From positions 1 through 24,159 of the forward strand of contig CAZXZO010000024.1 in NCBI GenBank assembly GCA_964645485.1: 24,159 nt of DNA, in the 5' to 3' direction. This stretch comes from an uncultured Candidatus Poseidoniales archaeon (GTDB taxonomy: Archaea; Thermoplasmatota; Poseidoniia; Poseidoniales; Thalassarchaeaceae). Positions 22,604-24,159 of the stretch are shown here, one piece after another. How positions within the stretch are numbered: position 1 is the stretch's first letter; the number at the start of each line of letters is the position of its first letter. The position numbers and the translations under genes are program-made. The notes beneath the pieces are model-generated. The model did not search any database and was not told the origin of the DNA. It saw only the letters and a list, made by a program, of their open reading frames with translations.

Positions 22604-24159
22604 GTATGGCTCTTTTCTCAGACCCGCAAACGGCGTCAGCATTGTTGCCTGAGTTCACATTGATTGTCGGTATTGTGTTGATGATTCTAGTTCCGAACTT
22701 AGGTAAAGGGACTTTCAGAGTACCAATTCCAAATACCAATATTAGAATTCCTTACTTACTAGGTGGTGAGAGGTTCTCGTTCACTTCAAGTCCAAGGATT
22801 CCTGGAATTATCAGTGTTCTTACATTGTTGTTTTCAGCATCTTTAGCACTGTGGAGTCAAATGGAAACACCGCTATCTGGTTCGAATGTTTGGTGTATTT
22901 CTACTGCTGGAGAAGCATTTGCATCTTGTGCTGGAATGGCTGATCCAACCGTATTCCAGATTGATGGATTCAGTCGCTTACTTGAGATTGTGTTCTACGG
23001 TTCTTTGATGCTATGTGCAGTAGCAATGTGGAGTCGCATGCCGGCTACACCTCGATTCATGATTCACGCTCAGGTATTGGCGGGTAGGAGAGAGGATGAG
23101 CGCATTCAGAAATTGTTGGACAACAGACGTCAAGTTGACTTCCACTTGTTGCTACTGATGGTGGCGCTTGGAATGTCTGTGGTTGCATTAGCAAGCGATG
23201 TCTTTGTGCTATTCATTGGATTAGAATTAGCTAGCCTTTCATCATACGTTCTTATTGCTTTCATGAAAGAGAAAGAAGAAGCCCCAGAAGCGGGTATGAA
23301 ATACTTCATTCTTGGTTCAGTTGCGTCAGCAGTTGGATTATACGGTGTCTCATTGCTATACTTGTGGAATGGTAATTTGCAGATATCAGACCTGGCAGCA
23401 AGTTGGCAAGCAATGGATGGCATTGACCCAATGGCATTGACTGGAATCGCCTTCTTGATGGTGACAATTGGTTTCAAAATTAGTGCAGCACCATTCCACC
23501 TTGCAACACCTGATGCTTACACTGGCGCTGCAAGCCCAGTTGCTGGGGTTTTGGCAACCGGTTCAAAGGCAATGGGATTCGTAGTTCTGCTACGTGTGTT
23601 AGTAACTATCACAATGCCAGAAAGCGGCGAAGCATTCTGGGTTCCAATCGTTGGACTGCTAGCAGCAATCACCATGACTTGGGGTAATTTGGGGGCGCTT
23701 TCAAGCGACAATCCAAAGAGAATGCTGGCCTATTCATCAGTTGCTCACGCTGGCTATTTGTTGGCAGCAGTTGCAGCACTTGGACTCAATCAAGCAAGAG
23801 CAGGCGACCATGTGATTTCAGAACTCATCGTGGCGGCAATGTTGTTCCATCTCACAGTGTTGGTATTGTTCAAGTTAGGTTCGTTCCTAGTACTCTCCAT
23901 GTTAGAGAGTGAAGGAAAAGGAAGCAAGATAGAGGATTTGTATGGTTTAGCCAAGCGAGAACCGCTTTTGGCAACAGCACTTTTCGTCTTCATGTTGGCT
24001 TTAGCAGGAGTTCCTCCACTAGCAGGTTTCCTCTCAAAGTTACTACTTGTGAGCGGTATTGTTGATGCTACTGTCCACACCTCAATGAGTTTTGACGATG
24101 GGGTTTTGGCAACATTACAATCACTACACTGGGTGGTTTACCTCGGTCTGTTGGTGTTC
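22600..24159 (+). CDS. nuoN: Complex I-like antiporter-like subunit N, 3'-truncated by the window (520 codons visible); absent from the ORF track
   Basis: Hand translation from ATG22600 (ATGA overlap with nuoM; SD GAGGTGA 22589-22595) is open to the window end. It shows LLPEFTL, FIGLELASLSSYVL, EAGMKYFILGSVASAVGLYG, GFKISAAPFH, KRMLAYSSVAHAGY and LAGVPPLAGFLSK. Confidence 0.96.
   Translation, partial: MSMALFSDPQTASALLPEFTLIVGIVLMILVPNLGKGTFRVPIPNTNIRIPYLLGGERFSFTSSPRIPGIISVLTLLFSASLALWSQMETPLSGSNVWCISTAGEAFASCAGMADPTVFQIDGFSRLLEIVFYGSLMLCAVAMWSRMPATPRFMIHAQVLAGRREDERIQKLLDNRRQVDFHLLLLMVALGMSVVALASDVFVLFIGLELASLSSYVLIAFMKEKEEAPEAGMKYFILGSVASAVGLYGVSLLYLWNGNLQISDLAASWQAMDGIDPMALTGIAFLMVTIGFKISAAPFHLATPDAYTGAASPVAGVLATGSKAMGFVVLLRVLVTITMPESGEAFWVPIVGLLAAITMTWGNLGALSSDNPKRMLAYSSVAHAGYLLAAVAALGLNQARAGDHVISELIVAAMLFHLTVLVLFKLGSFLVLSMLESEGKGSKIEDLYGLAKREPLLATALFVFMLALAGVPPLAGFLSKLLLVSGIVDATVHTSMSFDDGVLATLQSLHWVVYLGLLVF

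Noticed and set aside
746-24080. The many other short or antisense ORFs in the track (e.g. 1848-2336, 11716-12114, 16216-16662, 17122-17565, 18460-19131, 23130-23477, all minus strand)
   Set aside because: All lie within well-supported + strand genes, lack SD sites and recognisable motifs, and show typical antisense-shadow composition.
18281-24159. Interpretation of K/L/M/N as an Mrp Na+/H+ antiporter
   Set aside because: They are embedded in a full nuoABCDHIJ context with no mrpE/F/G-like genes visible.
1-24159. CRISPR array, tRNA/rRNA, transposase/integrase or prophage genes
   Set aside because: No regularly spaced repeat-spacer units, no cloverleaf or rRNA signatures, and no recombinase motifs were seen. 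The intergenic gaps are too short (at most ~190 bp) to hide an array or an rRNA gene other than 5S, and no tRNA or 5S-like sequence was recognised in them.

Overview
All supported genes are on the + strand, in two blocks. The DNA looks archaeal: GAGGTGA-type Shine-Dalgarno (SD) sites, a TATA-like promoter, a split nuoJ and an Fpo-like complex I. It is most consistent with a marine Thermoplasmatota such as Marine Group II / Ca. Poseidoniales, which is an inference from gene content only. Block 1 (1-12109) holds four cell-surface proteins: a 5'-truncated acidic protein of more than 1178 aa with degenerate internal repeats; a small type II membrane protein with one Ig-like domain; a 1708-aa membrane-anchored S8 (KP-43-like) serine protease with six Ig-like modules and a cytoplasmic Pro-rich/acidic/RING-like zinc-finger tail; and a seven-module COG1470/NEW3-like surface protein. 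Block 2 (12299 to the end) is a 'headless' complex I-like operon, nuoA-B-C-D-H-I-J1-J2-K-L-M-N, with no nuoEFG or fpoF. nuoN runs off the window and is absent from the ORF track. The strongest leads are: (i) an extracellular protease joined through one TM helix to a cytoplasmic C4HC3 RING-like finger; (ii) a 107-aa spacer in NuoI whose pattern resembles an SH3-like barrel, the fold used by the ferredoxin-docking NdhS/PsaE; (iii) a NuoD that keeps two [NiFe]-hydrogenase cysteines alongside the quinone-site His/Tyr/Asp; (iv) insertions in most Nuo subunits, including a His/Asp-rich NuoL loop; and (v) hairpins or palindromes at three translation starts and at the nuo promoter. No rRNA, tRNA, CRISPR array or mobile element was seen.
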